Shown: piece after piece, positions 11,891 through 23,900 of the stretch
Layout: each line of letters opens with the position of its first letter
Numbering within the stretch: position 1 is the first letter of the stretch
Origin: Phaeosaccion multiseriatum
Lineage: Eukaryota; Protista; Ochrophyta, other classes
NCBI GenBank assembly: GCA_965112735.1
Contig: OZ218962.1
Span: forward strand, 1 to 64,000
Length of the DNA: 64,000 nucleotides
Reading direction: 5' to 3'
Made by a program: the position numbers and the translations under genes
The notes under the pieces: model-generated
Databases searched by the model: none
Seen by the model: only the letters and a program-made list of their open reading frames with translations
Told to the model about the DNA's origin: nothing

Positions 11891-14800
11891 TCAAGCAAGG
11901 CAGGCTCTCCTTCTACCCTCCTGCTGCTCCCTGATCCCCTCGTCCGTTGCTAATTTTCTTACAAGTTTTTTCACCTGGCGAAACTCTCCTCGGGTGTCGG
12001 GGTTCTTGTCCCATAAAGTCTGAATGAGCGTGGCCCAGACCTCTGCGCACGACCCAGCGATGACCGGCCGGGATCCGAGATCCACTACTTTCCGAACTAT
12101 CATTTGGCTTCTTTCATTCTCCCATGGTCTTGCCCCGTCCTCGGCTCCGAAGAGCTCCCACAATACAATGCCGAAAGAGTACAAGTCGGCCTTTTCCATC
12201 TGTTGCAGGGTCCATTCTTGACTGGCGTCCTCTTCCAAAACCTCGGGGGCTGTCCAGGCTAGAGTGCTTCCCTGCGAATGATTATCAAGCAACAGGGGCG
12301 AAGCGAAAGGAAAATCAGACACAGGTTCAGACATTCTTCAGGGTCGAAAATAACGAAGCACACGACAAATTGGACTAGCTAGAATCAAAGCAAAAGACGA
12401 AGGGCCCGTTTGAAGTTACTTACCTGCACCTCCGTGTGCTCCTTGTGATAGACTGTAGATTGGGAAATGGTCTCCCTGGTATAGGACAGGCCAAAGTCGC
12501 ACAGCTTGGCCCGATAGTCCCCGGTAATGAGGATGTTCGCGCTTCTAAGGTCTCGATATGCCACGCCATGGTCGTACAGGTAGTGGGTCCCCGTGGCAAT
12601 GTCGTGAGCAATTGAGGCCCTCTTTGATGGAGGTTCCAGTTTTTTTCTGTCCTTGAGCGGAAGACCCAGTATGTCATAAAGGCTGCCCATCTCCACAAGC
12701 TCCTGCATTTTAAAGTTAAGAAAATGTGGTGGTAGTAGGCAGAAGAAATAAAAGCGACTCAGTTGCGCGTAATTTCTTGCCGTTGTGCCCCAGAATTACT
12801 GACAAGCCCGTACCTCGACGATTATGAGCCGCGACTTGCTCGCGCTGGCACCGTACACGTTGACGACCTGTTCGCATCGCGCCAGGCGCCGAAGGATGTA
12901 AAGCTCGGCGGCGAATTGCCGACACTTTGTAATCCTGTCCCGCTCGTCTACACCGTCGATCTTGATACACTTGGCCGCATACTCGCACCTGCCTTCGCCT
13001 TCTCCCCAAAAAACTCTGCAAACATCGGACTGTAAGCCTCGGCCGATAGGTTTTGTGTCCGGGAAGCTAGGAGAGAGGCAGAGGTGGGGTAGGTTAACAT
13101 TGGGTCCACGAAAACAAGAGGAACGAGGCAGGAGGAGGGAGGGGGCGTAAGGCAGGCACCATGACAACCCTAACCCTTCACTGACTCTTCTTCCGAGCAG
13201 GAAGTGTGTCCCGACCGACTCGTGGTCCTTACTTGAGGTCGTCGACATGGATCCTGAGAATTCTTAGCTCCTCTATAATGGCGTGACGAGAGGTGTCAGT
13301 TCCCCCTTTCTCTTTTTCCCCTTCGTCTTGACCACTTGCCCCGTTCATTATCATGGGCCTCCGCTGGGTGTCCCTCGCCTCGAGCTTAACAAAGTCATGC
13401 AGGAAGTCTTCCATGTTCGCGTCGTGGTTCTCCAACTTCTTGTTCATGATGAAGAACTCGATGCACACGTCCAGCTTACGGGATACCTCTGTAACTTCGG
13501 TCAAGGCCTCTGTATTCACCGCAAGATTCTCTGCATTCACCGCAAAATTTATTTTTGAGATGGCCAATTCAATGGTTCTGACGATCTCTTCGACGTTTTC
13601 CTTAAATTTCTTTGCCAGAAACATTTGCGTCAGGCGACCCTGGTATGAGTCATGGACGCATAATCGACGTGAGCGAGTGTATGAAATAGACACACAAATG
13701 GACGGAAGGGAATGGAGGATCGAAACGTGAGGTTAGTTACAGACAGCAAATTTCCATCCCAAACTTTCTCACAGCCACACGCACGCACCTGCTGGTAGTG
13801 CTTCTCGGATTCATCACGGAGGATGAGCAGCTGGTCGTGCACCGGTTCTAGCAGCGTAAAGTTCGCCGCAAGCGCCGTGGAATCGGGGTCACGCCTCTTC
13901 ATTTCCAGCAGCTGCTTGTGCAGTCCCTCCAAGACGGTCAAGAAGGCAGCTGTCAGCCTCGCCGTGTCCGCCTGCTCGCGGGCGCGATTGTTGCTCGAGA
14001 AGCTTTCGTACATGTCGTGCACCTCTCGACAGAGCACCACTGCGGCCCCAATCCAGGGAAGCTCCTCCACGACATTGGCCCCAACTGTGACTATAGACCG
14101 GCCCACCTCCCTGGTGGCCCCCCTCGCGCCCGTACTAGAGCTGGAACTCTCCTTCCTCGGTCCCAGAGACGTACTTTGCTCACTGTTCTTCTTTCGTCGG
14201 TACCAGCAGCAACACGCCAGGAGCACGAAAACAGCGAAGAGAGACGCAGGGATGCCCGCTGCGAGTCCCAGGGTTCTGCTCGTGTTCGATCCTCCTAAAA
14301 TCAAATCGGCAAAAACAAGCGGTAGGGGGTGGGAGAAAAGGGATTGGGTGTGACACAATGAGGGGTGGTCTGCACAAAAGCTGCTTGTTAACCTTGCTCA
14401 CCTGCTGCATCGGAACGAGGGGGAGTCAAGCTCGAAGAGAGGGCCACGCACTCCGACTCGCCGCGTAGCGCTGCGCTGGCCTTGGGCTCGCCTTGGACGG
14501 TTGCCGCAACGGTTGCCTCCTCCGCAACACACACGTCAAGAGCCTGGGTGAAGTCCTCCCCGGACAGCCGAGATGCCATTTCAACGTCTGGTGGTGACGA
14601 AGATGATGACGCGATGATATCCAGCGAGTAGTGAATCTCATAGAACGGGCCTGATGGTGTAATTCTCGTAGCAGACGAATTGGCCAAGCAGCATTCGACA
14701 ATCACCGCAGATGGGTCAACTCCAGCGACGACCTCTGACACTGCACATGGCAGAGCTGCTTGGTAAGCCTCCACCACCAGCTCCTCATCCGCATCCAAAA

Positions 14801-17131
14801 GCCTTCTCTCCGCATCCGCATTCAAGAGCCTTCTCTCCTCATCCGCAGTCAAGACCCCGAAGCTTCCTCCCAAAACATCGTCTGGTGCACCCAGCCACAA
14901 CAACAGTCACGGCGAGCGCATGCCCCGAACCAAGTATGTGGAAAAGCGACAAGCAAAGCGCACACACACACACATGTATATAAATATGGTGAAAGAAATG
15001 AAGACGAGAAAAGGGGGAGCATTCCCTCTTTTGGTGGAGCAGTTCTTGGCCGGGCTACAACAGCCGTCGAGCCGCTGCCTCAGCATGGAACAGACAGATG
15101 CGTCTCTGCAGCCAGATTCATCCAACACAAACTTCAGGGGAGAGATGACAAGTAAAAAGAGCCGCTATTTAGTCAGACGGACAACACAAGCCAGCGTCAT
15201 ACAGCCGGTACGCATCTGACCTGCTGCGATGGGAGCCGACGACGTGGAAGAATCAAGCGATGCTGGGGAGACAGTGGTTGGAAGAGGCGAGGGTGAGACA
15301 GTCTCCTGCGTCGGAGCGGGACTTGGCACTGGTGCTGCGGAAGTGGGTGGCGGTGTTGCTGGAGCAGGGGTCAGCTCGGGCGTGGGTGGTGTTGTTGGAG
15401 CAGAGGTCGGTTCGGTGGTGCGGGGGGGGGTCGGCTCGCGCGTGGCAGCGGGTGCTGTTGCCGGGGTTGCAGAGCGCATGATGAGGCGAGGCGAGAGCGG
15501 TGCCCAATGTTTCAAGGCGGATCGTGGGCGGTTGTGTACGTGGTCGGGAAAGGGTGAGCCATACGAGGGACTTTGCGAATCCCAACGAAGCCATGCAAGC
15601 CTGGAATGCCAAGCAACACCCTGATACTACAATCTTAATACTCTTGTTCCTTTGCTCGCACCAGCCACCCCATACTATTTGCTTCCTTGACCCTTGAGCA
15701 TACCTGAAGCTGCGGGGCACCCAATTGATGATGTAACTCCATCATCGACGGTGCTAGGGAGGGGTGAAGACATGCATACGTACATCACAGCATCATTGAA
15801 AATAAAGTTACCTGAGACGGTCACCTTAGGGACACAAGGAGCCACAGAGTGAGAGAGAGTGTAACAGCAGAGACAAAGCAAAGGTAGTGAGAGTCAAGAG
15901 GAGAGGACAACCTTCCTGACGCTCTCTCGCACCTCTCCTGTCCCTGTTGATTACGATCAACGCTGCACCTTCTCTGGGGTGCCTCCGCTCATCAAGAGAG
16001 CACACCAATCAGTCACCACACTTGATTCGCTGGGCCTTACCTCGCCAACGAATCTGATCGATGCACCATTCCCGGTGTTGTGAACCGCCGAGCCACCTCC
16101 TATAGCGATATTGCCTACGAACGAGCTTTCCGCCGTGAACGTGATGTCTCCTCCGTCATTGTGAAGCCCTCCTCCACTGCGATTAGCCTCATTGCCTTTG
16201 AAAGACGATTCCGCCATGAACGTAATGTCGCCTCCGCTGTTGTAAAGCCCTGCCCCTTGTAAGTCACTCCTGTTGTCTTCAAACACAGACACTTCCATGA
16301 ATATAATGATTCCTTCAGCCGCATTAGCGATGGCACCACCATTAGTAGGTGATCTTCCATTCGACCGAAACAAGGCATCTCCTTCAAAGGTGAGTGCTCC
16401 ACCATTATCTATCACCCCGTCTTCGTTGGCGACAGCTGAGGCAGTCAGGCCAGTGTGGAGGGATGAAGCAAGAAGCAGGCAGAGTGAAAGCAAAGGCAAA
16501 GCAACGGCGGGGGCCATGCAGACAGCAGATCCATGGTTAGCAGCTGTGTATAGTAGATTTCCTTCCCCCCTCCCTCTATGATCCTCTGCCTTGGCTTCCC
16601 TTGATCGCACACCACACCTTCGACGGTATTCATGAACGTGAGCGTTCCCAGGTTGAATATGACCCTCGCACCGACGTTGCCGAAAAAACTCGCGGCTCCT
16701 TCGAAGCTTACAGTGCCTGAGGTTATGTTCAAGACGTTCTCCTGCTGGTGGAGAGAGCGAACAAGAAGCAAGCGCACAAATCATGGTGGTGAGTGGCCTT
16801 GCACTTGGCTGGGTGGGCGGCTTTGTGACAGAGGGTCGGGTGGGGTCTACAAAATTTCCCACTGCTTTTCTCTCGCTCATTCGCTCTCTGTGCTTACCTC
16901 TTCATAGTTGGTGAAGGAGATAGGGAAGCCTGCATTGGCGAAGATGAGCTCCCCTCCAGTTACCGAGAAGGTAAGCCGCTGGATAAATACCGGCGCAGAA
17001 AGGGTGATCGTGATGCGCATGCCAGCCGAGACGAGCAGAGTTCCCACATCTTCATCGCATTTCAGGTCACGATCTAGAGTAAATGACGACACCTCCTTAG
17101 AGGGTGTGCAGCTGAGCGTCTCCTCCGCCAT
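11891..17131 (-). CDS. Multi-exon receptor-like kinase: Pmp/beta-helix-like ectodomain + Pro/Thr/Ser stalk + RRLL/SEA-like region + TM + MLKL-NTD-like helical bundle + TKL-group kinase
   Basis: Phase-compatible GT-AG exons ~17131-16898, 16741-16618, 16435-16041 (GGAI/FxxN repeats), 15825-15784, 15753-15704, ~15450-15221 (PT-rich), 14881-14402, 14294-13789 (TM 'LGLAAGIPASLFAVFVLLACCCWYRRKK'), 13639-13233, 13066-12814 (GRG, YAAK), 12702-12424 (YRDLRSANIL, DFG), 12271-11891 (WTAPE, DLYSFG). The start codon is uncertain because no clear signal peptide follows ATG 17131. Confidence 0.85.
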
Positions 17132-18066
17132 TCTGCCTCTCCTGACGCTACCCCTTTTGACAGGGAGGAGGCTAAAGAGAGGACAGTGTGGGGACTGAAA
17201 TTTAAGACGCCCCCCCCCAACTGGCTTTGATTCATTGTCATCAAGCTCCCCAGAGCCATAATAATAGAGACTAATGGAAGGGGGAAATGAAAAGAAGACT
17301 AAAAAAAAATCTGCCGCCGTCGGACCAAAAGACAAAGTTGGGGTTTCTGGGGACCCAATCAGTATAGTGTAACGGCCGGAAAACGGGCCAACGAGTGCTT
17401 GCTTAGCTTCTGCTTGGCTCTAGCTTGGCTTGTAGTCTAGCTGTCGGTAGTTTCGACACCTCTAGTGTCGAAATCAGGCGCCAGATGGCCCACCGGGGCC
17501 ACCGGCCACAGATGGGCCATTTCAACCCCGAAGAACAGAGTGTACAACCGCACCGGGCACACCAGAGACGCAGGGCACACTCATTCCTTCCATGGTGGGA
17601 CCATTTCAACCCCACCGGCCCAAGAAGGGGGGAGGAAGTAGAAGTACGAAGTATCACGAAATTCCCGGCAGCTCGTACTTGAGGGCTCTATTGCAGCAAA
17701 CCATTGTTAGCTACCAGTGAGGAACAGCACGTTTGGGGACCAATTGAGACCAATCGCTACCTACAGCTCGCCCAACACACAAAGTCCACATGGGTGCCCA
17801 CAGGAGTAAGCCCCAAGTTCGATGCGTGCGTGTCTCTATACAAGCCTGGGAAAAGTCCCGCCCCTCTACAGGCGCAGTTGGGGGCGTATGGGCCTCTCAC
17901 ATCGACATGTTTACGTAAGTGAGCCCTTTCCACCTCCACTCCGTCGCTTTACCAGTTGGTACTCCACTCCGTTGCCAGGGGTGGGACGGGAGAGGGCCAA
18001 GAAGCGACTGCCCATGTGTCTGACTGTCTCACTGCCTTACCAGTGCCGTGAGGTGCTGTGCAGTGC

Positions 18067-20109
18067 CTATTTGGTGGTGCGGTAGCCTGCCACCTGGTGC
18101 TGCTTAGTGGTGTTGTCCCTACTCGAGGGATCCACCTCCGGCGGCAGATCAATACCGTTCCTACGCAGGATGGGTAGCCCCGCCTTGACGCTGGCAAGCA
18201 GCCACTGCATCATGAGCACTCTCTTCTCCTGCAAAGGGAGGGTGCCGCGGGGGAGCCCGCCCTTCGCCTGCAGATACGCCAGCGTGATGCTGGTGGCCTG
18301 AGATGGCAGTGGATGGGGGGGGAGGGGGGGTGGCGCACAAGATGTTGAGGGCACTGGCTCCCCTTTGGAGCAACCATGTCTAGGGGAGAGCCTGTGTATA
18401 TCGGGCTACTCCTCACAGCCTCATACGTATAACCACCACCCTTCACGCCCCGAAGGGAGACGTGGGTACGGTGGAGAGGAAGCTCATCGCTCGAGTGTTG
18501 AAGTGGTATTGAAGTAGGCCGCGAAATCCTCCTAACTGGTGAGCGGCACTTCCTCTTCCCTCCCTAGCAGAGAGGCAGAGAGTGTGCTGTCTGGGTCCAC
18601 GTCGATATCGACACTTGTCCGGGGTTGAAATAGGGCCATGTCAGGTATTCGTGTCAGGACCCCCTTTCTGGAATGTCCTTTGGACTTCCACTTTTTCCTT
18701 TCTCTTTCAACAAGGTACCTTGCTCTACGAGCAGGCTACAAGATTATAATAACAGAGCCAGTGGAGTATTCTCTAAACCCGTAGAAGAGGTTGTGGGCAC
18801 AGCAAAAGAGGCAGAGAGGCAGAGAGGCAGAGAGGCAGAGAGGCAGAGAGGCAGAGAGGCAGAGAGGCAGAGAGGCGCGCCCCCATCGACCATCCACTGC
18901 CACCCCCTCGCCCCCCCCCTTCTCCCTCCTCCCTCTGCCACTCACTCACCACGCTCATGTTGAAGGACTCGGCCATGCCCACCATGGGCAGGTAGAAGGT
19001 ACCGTCCGCAAGCTCTCGCATCTCGTCCGAGATGCCCTCCTCCTCGTTGCCAATCACGAGTACTGTGGGCGGAGCGGACTCTGCCGACAGGTCCACGGCG
19101 TCGATGACTTGTGCCCCGGGCCGCACGTCGGAAGCCAGCACGCGGAAACCCTCGGCTTTGAGAGCCTTGACGGCCTCCGTAGAGGTGTCGTGCCCATGGA
19201 TGGAGAGCCATTTCTGATCGGGGGGGGACGTGCAGGTCGTGTGGGTCACTTTCACAAGCAAGAGCAGAGCAGAGCAGAGCAGAGCAGAGCAGAGCAGAGC
19301 AGAGCAGAGCAGCGGAGCCACGTGTACGTGTCAGTCCGTGTGCCGCACCTGACTCCCCATGGCCACAACCATGGTCTGCAGCTTGCCGCTCCGCTTGTAC
19401 TGCTCAGGGTCGGCGACGACGTGCACGTGCTGGATGCCGAAAGAGTCCAGTGTGCGCAAGCAGGCCCACACGTTGTTGGGGTTGGATGGGTTCTCGAACA
19501 TGAAGCGCTGGGGGGGGGGGGGGGAGGGGGGCACCGACAGGAGCGTGCGAGTGAGCGACGGCAGGGAAGGAGGGGGCTCAACTCCTCCTCTCCCTTCCCT
19601 CGTCAATGAGCCCCATCCTCATATCCCTCTCACGAGCTCTGCCTCACCGCGTGGTGCGTCCTGTTACCGAGCACGGTGGTGAGCCTGGCCAACCTCTCCT
19701 TGGAAACATGTCCGCTCAGCACCTCGATGGCCCTCTCCACCAGCTCCATTGTGCTCTCCGAGTGCGGCTCGCCCAACCTGCAGGGGGGCAGAGGGCAATG
19801 GCACCAGACAACAACAGATGAACGGGCAGTAAAGACTCTTCGAATGCACACGCTGCATACATGGATGGCCCTCTCCGGACCTCTTGCCTGCTCTGCTCCT
19901 TCGCTCCCCACTTGCTTACCATTTGTTCGTCATCACGGACCCCCCGGGGAGATTGTCCCCTTGCTTGTTGAGCAAGGCCACCTGCAAACCATATGGAGTG
20001 AGCGCCGCACCACACGGTCAATCCCAGAGCAGAAGGGAAAGCGTGAGCATGTGCATGAGTATGAGCAGCACGCGTACCATGGAACTACCTCTGCACTCTG
20101 CCCACTCTG

Positions 20110-20147
<38 letters not shown>

Positions 20148-20719
20148 ACCTCGTGCGGCTTCTTGTACCACGTGCCGAACTCCCAAGTGTCCCACGCATC
20201 CACATCCTGCCCCTCCTTGGGGCCCTTGCCGATCCCTCTTTCCGGGCCTGAGTACTTGCCCCTCCGCCTGCGCGCACCCAGGTCGCTACCAGCCCTGGGG
20301 TGTGTTGGGGGCCAATGGAGAGGGGATGAGGAGGAGGCCCTAAGTCGGTGCACTGGCGCTGGCAAGGCACGGACCAAGCAGGTCCACTGGACACCGAGAC
20401 CACTCCACCACACAAAGACTTCTACCTCTCCTCCTCTCTACTGGGGAATTGGGGACGGAGAGAGTCTCTCCCAGTAATGCCCGAGCCTCTCCCCTCCCAA
20501 CCGGAGCCCACATCACACAAACCTGGGTCTTCGCCTGGAGGGGCCTGTCGTCCCTCCCTGCTGCCCCGCTGGCCGCTTCGCTGCTGCCCAATGAGAGGCT
20601 GACACACTCCTTGCCATGCCACCCCTAAAAGCGAGCACCCCTTCTCGTCGCACGAACAAGAGCGCGAGCATGCTCAACAGGGGTGCTTTGCTTCCGGCTT
20701 TGAATCGAGCCCTCCCCAT
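18067..20719 (-). CDS. SpoU/TrmH-family (SPOUT) RNA 2'-O-methyltransferase, probably plastid-targeted
   Basis: Motifs 'FENPSNPNNVWACLRTLDSFG', 'VLVIGNEEEGIS', 'LPMVGMAESFNMSV|ATSITL'. Last exon 18297-18067. N-terminus has a hydrophobic stretch ending 'GVLAF'. Confidence 0.9.
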
Positions 20720-20915
20720 GCTCCTCCCCTCCTACGGGTAGGGCCTGGCTTCGGCGGTTCCAGGACCGGCGCGCAGCTACTTCTCCTCCCCGCTCGCACA
20801 GCAATAAGGCGGACGAGCAGGACGACTCCACAAAATGGGGGAAATATTAAAGGGAGGTGTTGGGTTGTTAAAGGGGCCCACGCAAAAGTAACGACACGGC
20901 CGAAAAAAAAGTGCG

Positions 20916-23900
20916 ATGCCTCCTGAGGATGGCGAGAGCGACGAAGACTCGTCCAGCGAGTGTTCTGAGGAAACCGATGGGGAGGATGAGGAGCAGGACG
21001 TGTGGGTGCTTGAGGGCCTGTTTCAGAAGTACGCCCGCACTATGTCTCGGAGGGATGAGGGCGAGCTGTGGGAGAGGGTGGCCAGGGCTGCTTGCAACAA
21101 GGGGGCCTTCGAAAAGGGCATGCAGGCCGTGGACGAGGCAGTCAAGGTGGGGAGCGACGCGAGAAGCACTGGCTGCTGGAAGCCCTTCCTTATTTCCCCC
21201 CTCATTTTCGTCCTGTCTGCAGGTGTGGAAGGAGTACGGTGACCTAGAGGAGGAGGGCCGTGTGACGTACCTCAGAGGCTTGCTTCTGGACGGCGAAGGG
21301 AGCCATATGGCCGCTGCAAAGGCTTTCAGACATGTGAGGAGTGCACTTGTTCGTACGGGGGGGTGGGGTCTCCTTGAAGCACTCGGGGGGAGGGGGGCAA
21401 CGCACAGGCAAGCCGCCCGCCGCGCTTTTTGCTTTCCCTTTGCCCTCCCCTCCAATGTCCTTGCTGGTGTCGTGTTGTGTGTCCGCGTTTAGGCCCAAGC
21501 CTTGTGGGGCGAGGCCGGGAAGGAGAAGGAGCGGCTCAGTGTGCAAGCAGCGTACAACAGGTGAGAGGCGTTAGGATGTGGCTTTAGACGACGGTATTCC
21601 CTACGGCTCCCAGTCAGAGGCTTGTGGCGAGCCGTTGCTTCCCTTCTGCGGATCTTGAAGAGGAGGTGGTCTTCCTTCTCGTCTGCAGCGCCCCCCTATC
21701 CCTTTCCCTCACCCTGACCCTGTGGCTCTGACTCGAACTTTCATCCCGCCCCTCAGCGCGGCAAGTGAACTCAAGGCGGGCGGCGAGGAGGCCGCTGTAG
21801 AGACCGCACTGAGGTGAGGTGAATAGAGCAGAGCTACAGGGTCAGGTGTCGTGTGTGTGCATGTGTGCGGGTGTTCGCTGTTCAGCATCACCCAGAGGCA
21901 TCGTCTCCCGTTTCTATTCCAGTCAGTCTCGGTTCGCTCACTTCCGATGCACCGCGTTGGACTCACCCTCACCGATTCATTCCGTCACCGATTCATTCCG
22001 TGTCTTCACCCCTTCGGCCCCTTTCCCCTGCGCGTGTGCTGTTTCACCGGTTACTGTGCCATATCGCACCTGCAGGCAGGCTCTGCTGGCCGCGAGGAAG
22101 GCTTGCCTCACGGACCTGGAGTTGTTGTGTTTGTGTCTCTCCGCACTTCAACACATGGCAAACGGTGAGGGATATGCTTCTTTTATGCACGCACAGAAAC
22201 ATGGGCATGGACTAAGGCCCTTCCTGCCAGAGTTGAGTCGAGTCCGTCCCCAGCCCGCCTGTATCACCCCACGCCCATCCACTGCCATCCACTGCTCCTC
22301 CTCGCCCATGTGATCCTCCCTCCCTCCCTCCCTCCCCCCCCCCGCTACATGCGATAGGCATGTGGTCTCTTGCAGCGGCGGACTTCACCCTGGCGGTCGA
22401 GTGCAGCGCGGCATTGGACAAGAAGATGGGAAAGGGGCAGAGCGGAGAGGAGCAGTGCGGAGAGGAAGGCACCTCATCGAGGTCGTCTTCCTCCGAGGAA
22501 GGAGAGTCATCGCCATCTGGGGACACTGATGTATCACACGGGTCAAGGAGCAGCGAAAGCAGCAGCAGCGGCGTCAGTAGCAGCAGCAGCGGCAGTAGCA
22601 GCAGCAGCGTCAGTAGCAGCAGCAGCGGCAGTAGCAGCAGCAGCGTCAGTAGCAGCCAAGGTCCAGGGTCGTCACTAGACTCAAGTCCATTCTCTAAGAG
22701 CGCTCCTTTGCCACCCTGTGCTGTGCCTCTTGCCGGGCGCATCTCCATGCATGCGAGCTTCGGCGTGTGCCTCATACAGGTGTGTATGTATGTATGTATG
22801 TATGTATGTATGTACGTGTATATGTGTATGTATGTATGCATGTATGCATGTATGTATGTATGTATGCATGTATGTATGCATGTATGTTTGTATGTATGTA
22901 TGTATGTACGTGTATGTGTGTATATGTACGTATGCGTGCATGGTGATGGGGAGTGGGCAGCGACTGGGCAGTGCACAGCTGTTGTGTTTATGTGTGTATG
23001 CATGTATGTATGTACGTATGCATGTATGGTGATGCAGCAGTGCAGTACAGCGCAACTTGGCTGAGAGGACCCGCTCTGGCGGGAGTGGATGAATTGATGA
23101 CGGCAGGGCCGACACACTGATGGGTACTGCCTGACAAATAAGGCGTCCAGTCTGCGGCCGAAGTGTGATGCGTGACGCTCCCTCCCTGCGTCCTCCTGCA
23201 GCTCAGACTCAAACCCCCCCCCCCTGCTGTATCACCAACTGCTCTACCCCCTCAGACGGGCATGCTGTCGAGGGCCGCTGCGCAGTTTGAGCTGTCCTTA
23301 TCGGCAGTGGAGGAGCTCGAGGGCCTGTCTGAGGCGCGCAGGAGGAGAGAGGGGAAACTCGTGAATCCCCCGGGGGGCGTGCGCAGGGAGGTGAAAGCAA
23401 TTGCCCTCTACCACTGCGGGGAGGCGCACAGGCTGAACGGCAGGTGTGTGTGTGCGTGTATGTGCGTGTGTGTGCGTGTGTGTAGGTGGATGTATGTGTG
23501 CATGTATGTGTGTGTATCTGAGTGTATGTGTGTGCGTGTGTGTATGTGTATGTATACGCTTGTATACGTGTCGACTCGTGTACAGTCATGACGTCTTGAC
23601 CAACCCTGGCCTGCTGCACTACTGTATCACCAACTGCTGCCCTGCCGCTGTATTCAGCCTGGACCTTGCCGTGCGACGCTTGCTCGAGGCGAGCGAAGAG
23701 ATCAAGGCGTGCCACGAGCAGGGGGGCGAGCAGGGGGGCAAGCAGGGGGGCAAGCTGGGGGGGCACTGGGCAGTCGTGGCCGCTGAGGTTGCCAACAGCC
23801 TGGCCCTCTGTCTGCTTGACATGACCGCCCCCCTGGGGTTGGAGGGGGTGCAGGGGCAGCCCCGGGGGGCAGAGGACGAAGGCGCGAGGCGCAAAGGTGA

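Noticed and set aside
15024-15135. Cys-rich reading 'LDESGCRDASVCSMLRQRLDGCCSPAKNCS' as an extra receptor exon
   Set aside because: No phase-compatible GT donor was found, and the flanking exons splice in frame without it.
17368-17500. TGTAACGG start and TGGCGCC (rc) resembling a Gypsy LTR and PBS
   Set aside because: No matching ...CA inverted end, second LTR or internal coding sequence was found.
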